Part shown: positions 9,889 through 19,800 of the stretch, piece by piece
Position numbering within the stretch: position 1 is the first letter of the stretch
How the letters are laid out: each line of letters starts with the position of its first letter
Assembly (NCBI GenBank): GCA_029555025.1
Contig: JAKPTZ010000001.1
Coordinates: 9,782 to 73,781 of the forward strand
Source: Deltaproteobacteria bacterium
GTDB lineage: Bacteria; Myxococcota_A; UBA9042; DTJE01
DNA: 64,000 nt
Reading direction: 5' to 3'
Notes under the pieces: model-generated
Databases searched by the model: none
Seen by the model: only the letters and a program-made list of their open reading frames with translations
Told to the model about the DNA's origin: nothing
Translations under genes and position numbers: made by a program

Positions 9889-9916
9889 TTGACGTCCCAC
9901 AAGGCGGGGTTACGAT
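9889..9916 (+). promoter_or_regulatory. candidate sigma-70 promoter for nrdJ
   Basis: TTGACG (9889-9894), a 16-nt spacer, then TACGAT (9911-9916). It lies just downstream of the NrdR-like boxes and about 20-50 nt upstream of the first possible nrdJ start codons. Confidence 0.35.
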
Positions 9917-9937
9917 CGCCATTCGTCGCGGTGACGT

Positions 9938-12900
9938 TTGTCTGGACCAATCTGGCGGATCGGTATGGCTGGAAACTGGAACGAAGATGACTTGTTTGGA
10001 GCCGGGGGCGGGGAATCCGTACCTGATTCTGTCCCCGATGTGGTGCCGGTGCCGGTTATTCCCGGGCCGCTGCCCGTCGAGCCCGGCGTTGCGGATGCGC
10101 ATATTCAGGATCTCGGATCGGTGGAGCCGGATTCTGTGGAGCCGGAACCGGTGGAGCCGGATTTCGCGGAGCATGCGTTTTCAGGCGACGGCTCCCCGGT
10201 TGATGTTTCAGAGGGTGAGTCAGTCTGCGATTTTCCCGATGAAGGTGTCGAGCCCGTCGTGTGCCAGGGTGCGGGTGTCGATGGTGAAGGGCTGGTTGAA
10301 GAAGGGATTGAAAAGATGAGCAGCAAAGGCGGGTTGGATTCTTCCATGGGCAAGGTCATGCCATACGGCAGGTATTTCACCAGGGAAGGCCAGGACATTT
10401 TTTCGACGGTGACGTGGGAAAAGCGCGACGCGAAGATCGTCGCGCACGATGGTGCCGTTGTCTTCTGCCAGACCGGGATGGAGTTCCCGGATTTTTATTC
10501 CCTTACCGCCTCAAACGTGGTCGCTTCAAAGTATTTCCGTGGAACCGAGGGCGGTCCGGATCGCGAATCCAGTCTTAAGGCAATGATCACCCGCGTGGTG
10601 GAAACGATCGCCGGCTGGGCGCTTCAGGGCGGATATTTCGCGGATCAGGACGCCGTCGATGTCTTCGCGGACGAGCTTGCATGGCTGATTCTGCACCAGT
10701 ACGGTTCGTTCAACAGTCCAGTCTGGTTCAATGTCGGCGTCGAGGATCATCCGCAGTGTTCGGCCTGTTTCATCAATTCGGTTGAAGACACCATGGAAAG
10801 CATCCTGGGTCTGGCGGTGACCGAGGGCCTGCTTTTCAAGTTCGGATCGGGAACCGGCACCAATTTTTCGACAATCCGTTCTTCCCGGGAACGACTGAAG
10901 GGTGGCGGCATTCCCTCCGGCCCGGTTTCGTTCATGCGGGGATACGATGCGTTCGCCGGCGTCATCAAGAGCGGCGGCAAGACCAGGCGGGCCGCCAAGA
11001 TGGTCGTGCTGAACGCGGATCACCCCGATATCGTCGATTTCATCGAATGCAAGGTTCGCGAGGAAGACAAGGCACTTGCCCTGATTCGCGAAGGTTATGA
11101 CGGTTCGTTCGGCGGTGAGGCGTACGACTCTATCTTCTTCCAGAATGCCAACAATTCGGTTCGCGTGACCGACGAATTCATGAATGCCGTCGTTTCAAAC
11201 GGTTCCTGGCAGACAAAGGCCATCACGACCGGCCAGGTGGTCGAGACGATGAAGGCCGGCGACCTGATGGACAGGATGGCGAAGGCGGCCCATCGCTGCG
11301 GCGACCCGGGAATCCAGTTCGACACGATCGTAAACGACTGGCACACGTGTTCCGTGTCGGGCAGGATCAACGCTTCCAACCCTTGTTCCGAGTTCATGTT
11401 CCTGGACAATTCCGCGTGCAACCTGGCCTCGCTGAACCTGATGCGATTCGTTGACGACGACGGGGAATTCAACACGGCGGCTTTCCGTCACGCGGTCAGG
11501 ACTTTCATCATCGCCCAGGAAGTCATCGTGTCCAACGCGAAGTATCCGACCGAGGCCATCGGACGCAACAGCGAAAGCTATCGGCCGCTTGGTCTGGGAT
11601 ACGCCAATCTCGGCGCGTTGCTGATGAACCGGGGGCTGGCGTATGACAGTGATGCCGGCCGTGCCTACGCGGCGGCGGTGACCGCGTTGATGACCGGCGA
11701 GGCTTATGTCCAGAGCGCCATCCTGGCCGGCCGCGTCGGCCCGTTCGCGGAATACACGCGGAATTCATCCTCGATGCTGCGGGTCATCCGCAAGCATCGC
11801 GCCGCGCTCGAGACCGTGAGCGACAGGCTTGTTCCCGACGTCCTGATGGAAGCAGCCCGAGAAAGTTGGGACAACGCGGTTGCTCTGGGGGGTGAACATG
11901 GGTTCAGGAATGCCCAGGTGACGCTTCTTGCGCCGACCGGCACGATCGGGTTCATGATGGACTGCGATACTACCGGCATCGAGCCCGAGATGGCCATCGT
12001 CAAGTACAAGAACCTTGTCGGCGGCGGCCGCATGAAGATCGTCAACCGAACCGTTCCGTCCGCGTTGAGGAAACTGGGTTACACCGATTCCCAGATCAAG
12101 GCGATTTCCGACTACGTTGACAGGAACAACACGATTGAAGGGGCTCCCGGCCTGAAGGATGAACATCTTTCCGTCTTTGATTGCGCGTTCAGGGCCACCA
12201 ACGGCGTGCGTTCAATCGCCGTTGACGGGCACATTCACATGATGGGCGCGGTTCAGCCGTTCCTTTCGGGCGCGATTTCGAAGACCGTCAACATGCCGGC
12301 CGACGCCACTGTCGAGGACGTCAGGAAGGCGTATATCGATGCGTGGAAGTACGGCCTTAAGGCGGTGGCAATATACAGGGACGGTTCGAAGGGAACCCAG
12401 CCGGTCGAGACGTCGGCCAGGAAGGAACCGGAAAAGCCCGCCGCCCCGGCCGCCGCGGTTCCGGTCAGGTCGAAGCTGCCCGACGAACGTCAGTCGCTTA
12501 CGCACAAGTTCACAATCAGCGGGCTGGACGGATATATCACGGTCGGAATGCACGAGGATGGACGCCCGGGCGAGATCTTCATCACGATGGCCAAGCAGGG
12601 GTCGGCGATCCGCGGCCTGATGGACAGCTTCGCGACGTCGGTTTCCATCGCGTTGCAGTACGGCGTGCCCCTGGAAGTCCTGGTGTCGAAGTTTGCTCAC
12701 GTAAGGTTCGAGCCGAACGGCTTCAGCTCCAATCCGGCAATCGGTTACGCGAAATCAATCGTGGACTACGTCTTCCGCTGGCTGGAACTGAAATTCATCA
12801 GCAACACCGCATGGCAGAGAAGAACCGAGGTTCCGCTTGATCTGGAGGCGATGGCCGGGGACGACGCGCCGCCTCCCGAGGTCGAAAAGCAGAACGACCT

Positions 12901-13012
12901 GTTCCAGGGCCAGGAGGACGCGCCCCCCTGCTCCAATTGCGGCTGGATAATGGTGCGCAACGGAAAGTGCTACAAGTGCGTCAACTGCGGCTCGACTTCC
13001 GGCTGTTCATAG
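9938..13012 (+). CDS. nrdJ: adenosylcobalamin-dependent (class II) ribonucleotide reductase NrdJ
   Basis: The canonical body begins near MPYGRYFTREGQDIFSTVTWEKRDA. The active-site region reads SNPCSEFMFLDNSACNLASLNL. The C-terminal Cys-rich tail reads CSNCGWIMVRNGKCYKCVNCGSTSGCS. The start is uncertain: TTG at 9938, ATG at 9965, or ATG at 10316 (MSSKGG). The open 126-codon upstream frame and the in-frame 15-bp repeats favour a real acidic N-terminal extension. Confidence 0.9.
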   Translation: MSGPIWRIGMAGNWNEDDLFGAGGGESVPDSVPDVVPVPVIPGPLPVEPGVADAHIQDLGSVEPDSVEPEPVEPDFAEHAFSGDGSPVDVSEGESVCDFPDEGVEPVVCQGAGVDGEGLVEEGIEKMSSKGGLDSSMGKVMPYGRYFTREGQDIFSTVTWEKRDAKIVAHDGAVVFCQTGMEFPDFYSLTASNVVASKYFRGTEGGPDRESSLKAMITRVVETIAGWALQGGYFADQDAVDVFADELAWLILHQYGSFNSPVWFNVGVEDHPQCSACFINSVEDTMESILGLAVTEGLLFKFGSGTGTNFSTIRSSRERLKGGGIPSGPVSFMRGYDAFAGVIKSGGKTRRAAKMVVLNADHPDIVDFIECKVREEDKALALIREGYDGSFGGEAYDSIFFQNANNSVRVTDEFMNAVVSNGSWQTKAITTGQVVETMKAGDLMDRMAKAAHRCGDPGIQFDTIVNDWHTCSVSGRINASNPCSEFMFLDNSACNLASLNLMRFVDDDGEFNTAAFRHAVRTFIIAQEVIVSNAKYPTEAIGRNSESYRPLGLGYANLGALLMNRGLAYDSDAGRAYAAAVTALMTGEAYVQSAILAGRVGPFAEYTRNSSSMLRVIRKHRAALETVSDRLVPDVLMEAARESWDNAVALGGEHGFRNAQVTLLAPTGTIGFMMDCDTTGIEPEMAIVKYKNLVGGGRMKIVNRTVPSALRKLGYTDSQIKAISDYVDRNNTIEGAPGLKDEHLSVFDCAFRATNGVRSIAVDGHIHMMGAVQPFLSGAISKTVNMPADATVEDVRKAYIDAWKYGLKAVAIYRDGSKGTQPVETSARKEPEKPAAPAAAVPVRSKLPDERQSLTHKFTISGLDGYITVGMHEDGRPGEIFITMAKQGSAIRGLMDSFATSVSIALQYGVPLEVLVSKFAHVRFEPNGFSSNPAIGYAKSIVDYVFRWLELKFISNTAWQRRTEVPLDLEAMAGDDAPPPEVEKQNDLFQGQEDAPPCSNCGWIMVRNGKCYKCVNCGSTSGCS
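10121..10165 (+). repeat. 3 x 15-bp in-frame tandem repeat (VEPDS/VEPEP/VEPDF)
   Basis: GTGGAGCCGGA occurs at 10121, 10136 and 10151. The period is 15 nt, and the repeats lie inside the N-terminal extension of the nrdJ ORF. Confidence 0.85.
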
Positions 13013-13186
13013 GCGGCTTCCCGTCCTTCCACACCCCCCTTTCCCGGACGCTGTTTCTGGATAAAAATCCTGTCATTCTGGTAACAACCGTTGTCGTGCT
13101 TGATTTCCTTATTCCTGCGTGATTTCATTGACAGGTTGTGCCTTTATAGCCGGTTCTGTTCACAAACCTGAATGTGGAGGAGTCCT

Positions 13187-15565
13187 ATGTCTTTTCGCAT
13201 CCGCAAGGCCGCTGTCCTTGGCGGTGGCGTAATGGGTTCGGGCATCGCAGCCCACCTGGCCAACGCCGGAATCAAGACGTATCTGCTTGACATGGTTCCA
13301 CCTGGCGTTGGCCCGGACGCGTCGCATGACGAGCGTTCGGCTTTCGCCCTGAAGGGAATCGAGAATGCCCTGAAGTTCAAGCCAGCGCCGCTGTTTTATG
13401 ACAAGGGCGGGGCGGAACTCGTGTTTGCGGGCAACTTCGACGACGACATTGAGAAGATCGCCGAGTGCGATATCGTTGTCGAAGCGATCGTCGAAAACCT
13501 GGAAATCAAGCGGCAGCTTTTCGCGAAGGTCGTTCCGCACATGAAGCAGGATGCGATCCTTTCGTCGAACACCTCCGGTCTTTCGATCGCCTCGATGGCC
13601 GAGGCACTTCCGTTTTTCATGCGCGACCGCTTCCTGGTGACGCACTTCTTCAATCCGGTTCGTTTCATGAAGCTTCTGGAACTGGTTCCCGGACCGGACA
13701 CCAGCGCCGAGACGCTTCAGATCTGGGCCGATTTCGGTCGCAAGAAGCTGGGAAAGGGCGTTGTTTTTGGAAAGGACACCCCCAATTTCGTCGGTAACCG
13801 CATCGGCATCTACGCGATCGCCAAGACCGTTGAAGCCATGATGGCGGACGGCTTCTCGGTCGAGGAAATCGACTCCATCTTCGGCAAGCCGATGGGACGC
13901 CCGAAGACGGCCGCGTTCAAGACCCTCGACCTTGTCGGCCTTGATGTCTACGCGCATGTTTCGACAACTTGCCTCGAGAAGCTTGAAAACGATCCCGAAA
14001 AGGGCTCTTTCAAGGTTCCGGATTTCATCAATGCCATGATTGCCAAGGGCCTTCTGGGTGCCAAGAAGAAGGCGGGCTTCTATACCAAGGGGCCGAACGG
14101 CGAACGCATGGTCATCGATCCCGCGACGCTTGAATACAAGCCGATCGAGAAGCCGCGGCTTGAGCTTATCGGCATCGTGAAGGGCATGGCCTTGAACGAT
14201 CGCGTCAAGACGATGGTCAAGTCCGACGACCGGGTCGGGAAGCTTGCATGGAAGATCACGGCGCAGACCTTGATTTACGCGGCCAATCGTGTCGGCGAGA
14301 TCGCGGATGACGTCGTCAACATCGACAACGCGATGAAGTGGGGCTTCGGCTGGGAACAGGGCCCGTTCGAGACGTGGGACGCGATTGGCGTCGAGGAAAG
14401 CGTCGCGAGGATGCAGGCTGAAGGCTACCAGGTTCCCGAGACCGTGCTGAAGATGCTGGCTTCGGGTGCGAAGTCGTTCTATGGACGCCAGGGCGTCGAT
14501 AAGACGTTCTTCGACTTCGCGACCGGACAGTACAAGGTTCTCGAGACACCGCCGTGGCAGTTGACCATCAAGGGATTCAAGGATCAGGGCAAGGTCATCA
14601 AGAAGAACATGGGTGCCAGCCTGATTGATATCGGCGACGGCATCGCCTGCCTTGAATTCCACACGAAGATGAACGCTCTGGACGAGGACATCATGTCGAT
14701 GATTCTTGCGTCCTGCGACATCGTCGAGGATCGGTTCGAAGGTCTGGTCGTGACAAACGACGGCGATCACTTCAGCGCCGGCGCCAACATCGCGATGATC
14801 CTGATGGCGGCGAAGACCGGGAACTGGGAACTTCTGGAACAGAGCATCCGCGTCCTGCAGAGCTGCGGTTCCCGCCTGAAGTACTGCGCGAAGCCGACAG
14901 TTGTCGCCCCGTTCGGGATGGCGCTTGGCGGCGGCTGCGAAGTTTCCATCCAGGGCGCCGCCCTGCGTCCGCACGCCGAACTCTACATGGGTCTGGTCGA
15001 AGTCGGCGTCGGCGTGATTCCCGCCGGCGGCGGCTGCAAGGAAATGACTTGCCGCGCCCTGTCCCACATTCCTGGCGACAACGCGGATCTTTCCAGGCTT
15101 CCTTACATCGCCAAGGTGTTCGAGAACATCGCGACCGCGAAGGTCTCGACAAGTGCTTTCGACGCCAGGAGATACGGGTACGTCCGCAAGTATGATCAGA
15201 TAACCATTTCCAGGGATTCATTGCTGCACGACGCGAAGCAGACCGCGCTTGGCATGGCCCGTGCCGGCTATACGCCGCCCGCGGCGCCTGACTGGCTGAT
15301 CATGCCCGGTCGCGACGGCATCGCGTACCTTGAAGCCGGACTGGCCCAGTTCCTGGCCGGCGGAATGATGACGCAGCACGACTACGTGGTCAGCAGCAAG
15401 CTTGCCAACGTCCTTTGCGGCGGCGATGTAAGGCCGGGCACAAGGGTCGATGAGCAGCACCTGCTCGATCTCGAGTGCGAGGCATTCCTGTCGCTGTGCG
15501 GCGAGGAAAAAACCCAGGACCGTATCCAGTACATGCTGGAAAACGGAAAACCCCTGAGAAACTAG
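13187..15565 (+). CDS. fadN: bifunctional 3-hydroxyacyl-CoA dehydrogenase / enoyl-CoA hydratase (FadN-type domain order)
   Basis: The N-terminal NAD Rossmann motif is VLGGGVMGSGIA. The C-terminal crotonase-fold segment reads LVVTNDGDHFSAGANI...GGGCEV...GVGVIPAGGG. I trimmed the start to the ATG at 13187 (MSFRIRK), which has GGAGGA upstream. Confidence 0.88.
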   Translation: MSFRIRKAAVLGGGVMGSGIAAHLANAGIKTYLLDMVPPGVGPDASHDERSAFALKGIENALKFKPAPLFYDKGGAELVFAGNFDDDIEKIAECDIVVEAIVENLEIKRQLFAKVVPHMKQDAILSSNTSGLSIASMAEALPFFMRDRFLVTHFFNPVRFMKLLELVPGPDTSAETLQIWADFGRKKLGKGVVFGKDTPNFVGNRIGIYAIAKTVEAMMADGFSVEEIDSIFGKPMGRPKTAAFKTLDLVGLDVYAHVSTTCLEKLENDPEKGSFKVPDFINAMIAKGLLGAKKKAGFYTKGPNGERMVIDPATLEYKPIEKPRLELIGIVKGMALNDRVKTMVKSDDRVGKLAWKITAQTLIYAANRVGEIADDVVNIDNAMKWGFGWEQGPFETWDAIGVEESVARMQAEGYQVPETVLKMLASGAKSFYGRQGVDKTFFDFATGQYKVLETPPWQLTIKGFKDQGKVIKKNMGASLIDIGDGIACLEFHTKMNALDEDIMSMILASCDIVEDRFEGLVVTNDGDHFSAGANIAMILMAAKTGNWELLEQSIRVLQSCGSRLKYCAKPTVVAPFGMALGGGCEVSIQGAALRPHAELYMGLVEVGVGVIPAGGGCKEMTCRALSHIPGDNADLSRLPYIAKVFENIATAKVSTSAFDARRYGYVRKYDQITISRDSLLHDAKQTALGMARAGYTPPAAPDWLIMPGRDGIAYLEAGLAQFLAGGMMTQHDYVVSSKLANVLCGGDVRPGTRVDEQHLLDLECEAFLSLCGEEKTQDRIQYMLENGKPLRN

Positions 15566-15574
15566 GAGGCTGCG

Positions 15575-16738
15575 ATGAGAGATGTCTATATCGTGACTGC
15601 CGTCAGGACGGCTGTTGGCAAGGCGAAGAAGGGAACCCTGCGCAACGTCAGGCCCGAAACCCTGATCGGCACGGTCGTGAAGGCCGCGGTCGAAAGGGCG
15701 GCGGGGCTTGATCCCCACACCATCGACGACGTGATTGTCGGATGCGCGATGCCGGAAGGTCCGCAGGGAATGAACATCGGCCGCATCGCGGTGTTTGCGG
15801 CCGGGCTGCCCGAGACCGTCACCGGCATGACTGTCAACCGTTTCTGCTCTTCCGGTCTTCAGACGATCGCAATCGGTGCCCAGGCGATTTCCGCCGGCGT
15901 TGCCGATGTCATCGTGGCCGGTGGCGTCGAGAGCATGTCCTCGGTTCCGATGGGCGGATTCAACCTGATGCCCGATCCGGATCTGATGAAGAACATGCCG
16001 CAGGTTTATTCCTCGATGGGGATCACGGCCGAAAATCTGGTGGACAAGTATCAGATCAGTCGCCAGCGCCAGGACGAATTTTCCGTCGCTTCGCACCAGA
16101 AGGCAGGCGTGGCTCTTGCCGACGGCCGCATGAAGGAACAGATTGTCCCGCTGCTGGTTAACAACTTCGATGGAAAGGACCCTGTGGTCTTCGATGTCGA
16201 TGAAGGACCACGGCCAGGTTCGACGGTCGAGGCACTCGGGGCTCTCCGGGCATCGTTCAAGACGGGCGGCAGCGTGACCCCCGGCAACTCGTCACAGGTC
16301 AGCGACGGCGCCGCGGCGGTTCTTCTGATGAGCGAGGACGCTCTGAAGAAGTCCGGCCTGACGCCGATGGCCCGCTTTGTCGATTTCAGGGTCGCCGGCT
16401 GTGGCCCGGAAATCATGGGCATTGGTCCGGCGTACGCCATTCCGAAGCTGTTCGCGGCCACCGGCAAGTCGGATGCCGACATCGGTTTCTATGAACTGAA
16501 CGAGGCGTTCGCGGCCCAGTCGCTGGCCGTGCTCGACCAGCTCAAGGGCGTTGTCGATCCTGCCAAGGTGAATCCGAACGGCGGTGCCATTGCCTTTGGT
16601 CACCCGCTGGGATGCACTGGCGCGAAGCTGACGGTCCAGTCCGTTTATGAAATGAAGCGGATTGGGGCGAAGTACAGCATCGTGTCGATGTGCATCGGTG
16701 GCGGAATGGGCGCGGCCGGACTTCTTGAAAACCTCTGA
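15575..16738 (+). CDS. fadA: acetyl-CoA C-acyltransferase (3-ketoacyl-CoA thiolase)
   Basis: Thiolase motifs are present: the active-site Cys in VNRFCSSGLQ, then GNSSQVSDGAAA, and C-terminal GHPLGCTGA and CIGGGMG. The gene starts 9 nt after fadN. Confidence 0.93.
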   Translation: MRDVYIVTAVRTAVGKAKKGTLRNVRPETLIGTVVKAAVERAAGLDPHTIDDVIVGCAMPEGPQGMNIGRIAVFAAGLPETVTGMTVNRFCSSGLQTIAIGAQAISAGVADVIVAGGVESMSSVPMGGFNLMPDPDLMKNMPQVYSSMGITAENLVDKYQISRQRQDEFSVASHQKAGVALADGRMKEQIVPLLVNNFDGKDPVVFDVDEGPRPGSTVEALGALRASFKTGGSVTPGNSSQVSDGAAAVLLMSEDALKKSGLTPMARFVDFRVAGCGPEIMGIGPAYAIPKLFAATGKSDADIGFYELNEAFAAQSLAVLDQLKGVVDPAKVNPNGGAIAFGHPLGCTGAKLTVQSVYEMKRIGAKYSIVSMCIGGGMGAAGLLENL

Positions 16739-16883
16739 TCCCCTGCATTCATCTATTGTTTAAGCTCTGATTTTTCCCTAAAATTCGCACGATGTGATCC
16801 GTCCTGCGGGCGCGGCCATTCTGGTCCTTCCCGATTTCGGCGCGGTCGCGATTGCCCGATCTTGAAAATTCAGGAGGTTTCTG

Positions 16884-19800
16884 GTGAGAACTGGAACCGC
16901 ATTTGTCATTGCAGTCATTTTCGCGTTGCTTTCCGGTTGCGGCGGCTCGAACCCCGCGTCCGACAACGGACTTCCGGAAGATACCGCATCGGATTACATC
17001 ATCGGGTCGGATCTGAACGGACAGGATGTCCGCCTGGACACGATTTCGCCCGACGGCACCGGTCTGGACGGGGAAGAATCTGATTCTTCACGGGATCAGG
17101 GTCTGCCGCCGGAACCTTGTCGGCCCGGCGAATCGTGCGACGACCATGATCCGTGCACGATCGACGACCTGTGCGACGACGACGAGGAGTGCGCCGGGAC
17201 GCCGGTCGAGGACTGCGACGACGGAATCGAATGCACTTTCGACGAATGCACGACCGAAACCGACTGTTCGCATGAATTGAAGCCGGGATGGTGTTTCGTG
17301 GCGGGCAAGTGCATCGAGGACGGTCAGTCCGATCCTGCCGTGATTTGCAGATCCTGCCAGACGGCACTGAAGACCGATGAACTCCTTCCCGACGACAACA
17401 TGACCTGTGACGACGGCGATGCCTGCACCGTCAACGACAGGTGTCATGAAGGTTTCTGCATTGCCGACGCCCGCGACTGCGGCGATCGCAACTCATGCAC
17501 GGCCGACATGTGCGTTAACGGTTCCTGCGTCAACGAGGCCGTCGAAGGCATGTGCAACGACGAAGACCTTTGTACTGAAAACGACCTCTGTGTCGATGGT
17601 CAGTGCGTCGGTTCACCCATCGGTTGCTGGGATCAGAATCCCTGCACCCAGGATGCCTGTCATCCCGATTTCGGATGTGTCCACGAGTTCCTGGACATAC
17701 CGTGCGACGACGGGAACATCTGCAGCGTCGGGGATCGCTGCTGGCTTGGCAATTGCCTTTCCGGCGACGGAATGAAGGATTGCGACGACGGCAATCAGTG
17801 CACCGACGACGGCTGCGTGCCGGTTCGTGAAGGCGGTTGCGTCCACATCCCGAATACCGCGCCGTGCGACGATGGCGACCCGTGCACGCTGGAAGACAAG
17901 TGCAAGGCCAGCTCGTGCGATCCAGGCAAGGGCGTCCTTGACTGCGACGATGGGAATCCCTGCACGACGGACAGGTGCGAGAAGGGTACCGGATGTGTTC
18001 ATGACAACAACACCGTGCCTTGCGATGACGAGGATCCGTGCACCCTTGACGACGTCTGCGGCGGTGGCGTCTGCAATCCCGGCGTGACGCAGCTTGCCTG
18101 CGATGACGGCAACGAGTGCACCAGCGACTTCTGTGAGGCCGGGATTGGCTGCGTGTATGAAAACAACCTGAATATCTGCGACGACGACAACGTGTGCACG
18201 AACGTATCGACGTGCATGGACGGCGTGTGCATCGGCGAGTCCGCGGTCGATTGCGGCGATGATGATTCCTGCACCCTTGATTACTGCCTGCCGACCGGTG
18301 ACGCGCCCGGCTGCTATCACAAGCCGCTTCCCGAATGCAGGCCGCAGATTGTCATCGACTATCCACCCCGCGCATCCACTCTGAGCAAGAAGACCGGCGA
18401 CCAGATTGTGGTTCGCGGGCATATCGAGTATCCGCCGAACGCAATCCAGGAAGACGGTTATCCGAGCCCGGAAATGGCCATGAGCAAGGTCGTCGTCAAC
18501 GGCCTTGACGTCTGGGTCGATCCCAGGACGAAGCCGTGGTCATTCCAGAGCACGATGACGCTGCAGCAGGGGATGAATCCCATTGTTGCGTACGGCCAGG
18601 CCAATGCGGTGCCGGCATACAAGGATTACGTCGTCCAGTCTCTTTACTACTCGGACTCGTGGTTCCCGGTCAGTCACGCCAATCCGGCCGCCGGGATGGT
18701 CAGCGACGGCGTGAAGATATTCCTGGGCAAGACGGTCTGGGACGACAACAACACGGCGACCGCCGACGACATCGCGACCCTGTTGACCAACATCCTGAAA
18801 ACACTCAGCCTTTCCACGCTTATCAAGAATCCGGTCACCAAGGGCGAGTTCGGCTGGTGCGATTACAAGGTCAACCTGAAGAACATGAAATACGGGACGC
18901 CGTCGATTGACCTGATTCCCGACTGGGGAAAGATAAAGGTCAAGGTCGTGATCCCCAGGTTCAGCGTGGATATCGACGTCCCGATAAGCGGTTTCGCGTG
19001 TCCCGATTTCAGCGGGGATGCCTCGGCGACTTCGATAACGATTAATGCCGACTTGAACCTTGCAATCGATCCGCAGGGAAAGCCGCTTGCCACCATTTCC
19101 AATCCGGATGTCGTGGTTTCCGGGCTTGATGTCGATGTCGATGGCATCTGGGGCTTCCTTTTCAACTGGATCATCGACTTCTTCGAAGACAACTTTGCCG
19201 ACATGATCGAGGACGAGTTCGAGACCCAGCTAGCCGGCCAGCTTTCCGAACTGGTCAGGGGCGCCGTGGCCGATCTGGCCCTTGACCCGGAATTCCCGGT
19301 TCCCGAACTTCTGCCGGGAATGACGCCGGTCACGCTCCAGATGAAGAGCAAGTTTTCCACGATATCCATCACGCCCGAAGGCAGCGATATCGGTCTTGCC
19401 GCGGTCGTCCTGCCGGATGCCGCCCAGACGCCGCCGGCGGTGCTGCTCGGTTCTATCGGTCGCGGCGCCTGCCTGGGAACCGATCCCGGGATTCCCGCGT
19501 TCCCCCACACATACGAAATGGGGCTGATGGCCAAGGATGATTTCCTTAACGAGGCCCTTTACGCAATCTGGGCGTCGAATGGACTGAAGATTCCGGTCGG
19601 GCCCGAAATGCTCGGCGATTTTGACCTTTCCGAGTTCGGGATTTCCAATCTCAGCCTGAATGTCGATTTCCAGTTGCCGCCGTTGATATCGGACTGCAAT
19701 CTGGAACACAAGATGTTCTTCGAGGCCGGGGATATCAGGGTGAACGCGGGCATGAAGCTGCTCGGCTCCCAGGTTGACATGGTGATGTACGCCAGCCTGA

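Noticed and set aside
9583-10315. Cobalamin riboswitch upstream of the B12-dependent nrdJ
   Set aside because: I could not find a B12-box-like core or the characteristic multi-stem arrangement. The region instead holds NrdR-like boxes and an open, coding-looking frame.
13160-15067. 635-aa minus-strand ORF
   Set aside because: It is antisense to fadN, whose Rossmann and crotonase motifs are clear. I recognised no motifs in it, and its composition is the GC-rich antisense type.
17613-18422. Long antisense ORFs within the Cys-repeat genes (also 20750-21508, 24247-25281 and 22380-23513)
   Set aside because: Repetitive GAC/TGC/GGC codon usage on the sense strand leaves the antisense frames free of stops. 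The sense frames carry lipoboxes, RBSs and regular Cys spacing.
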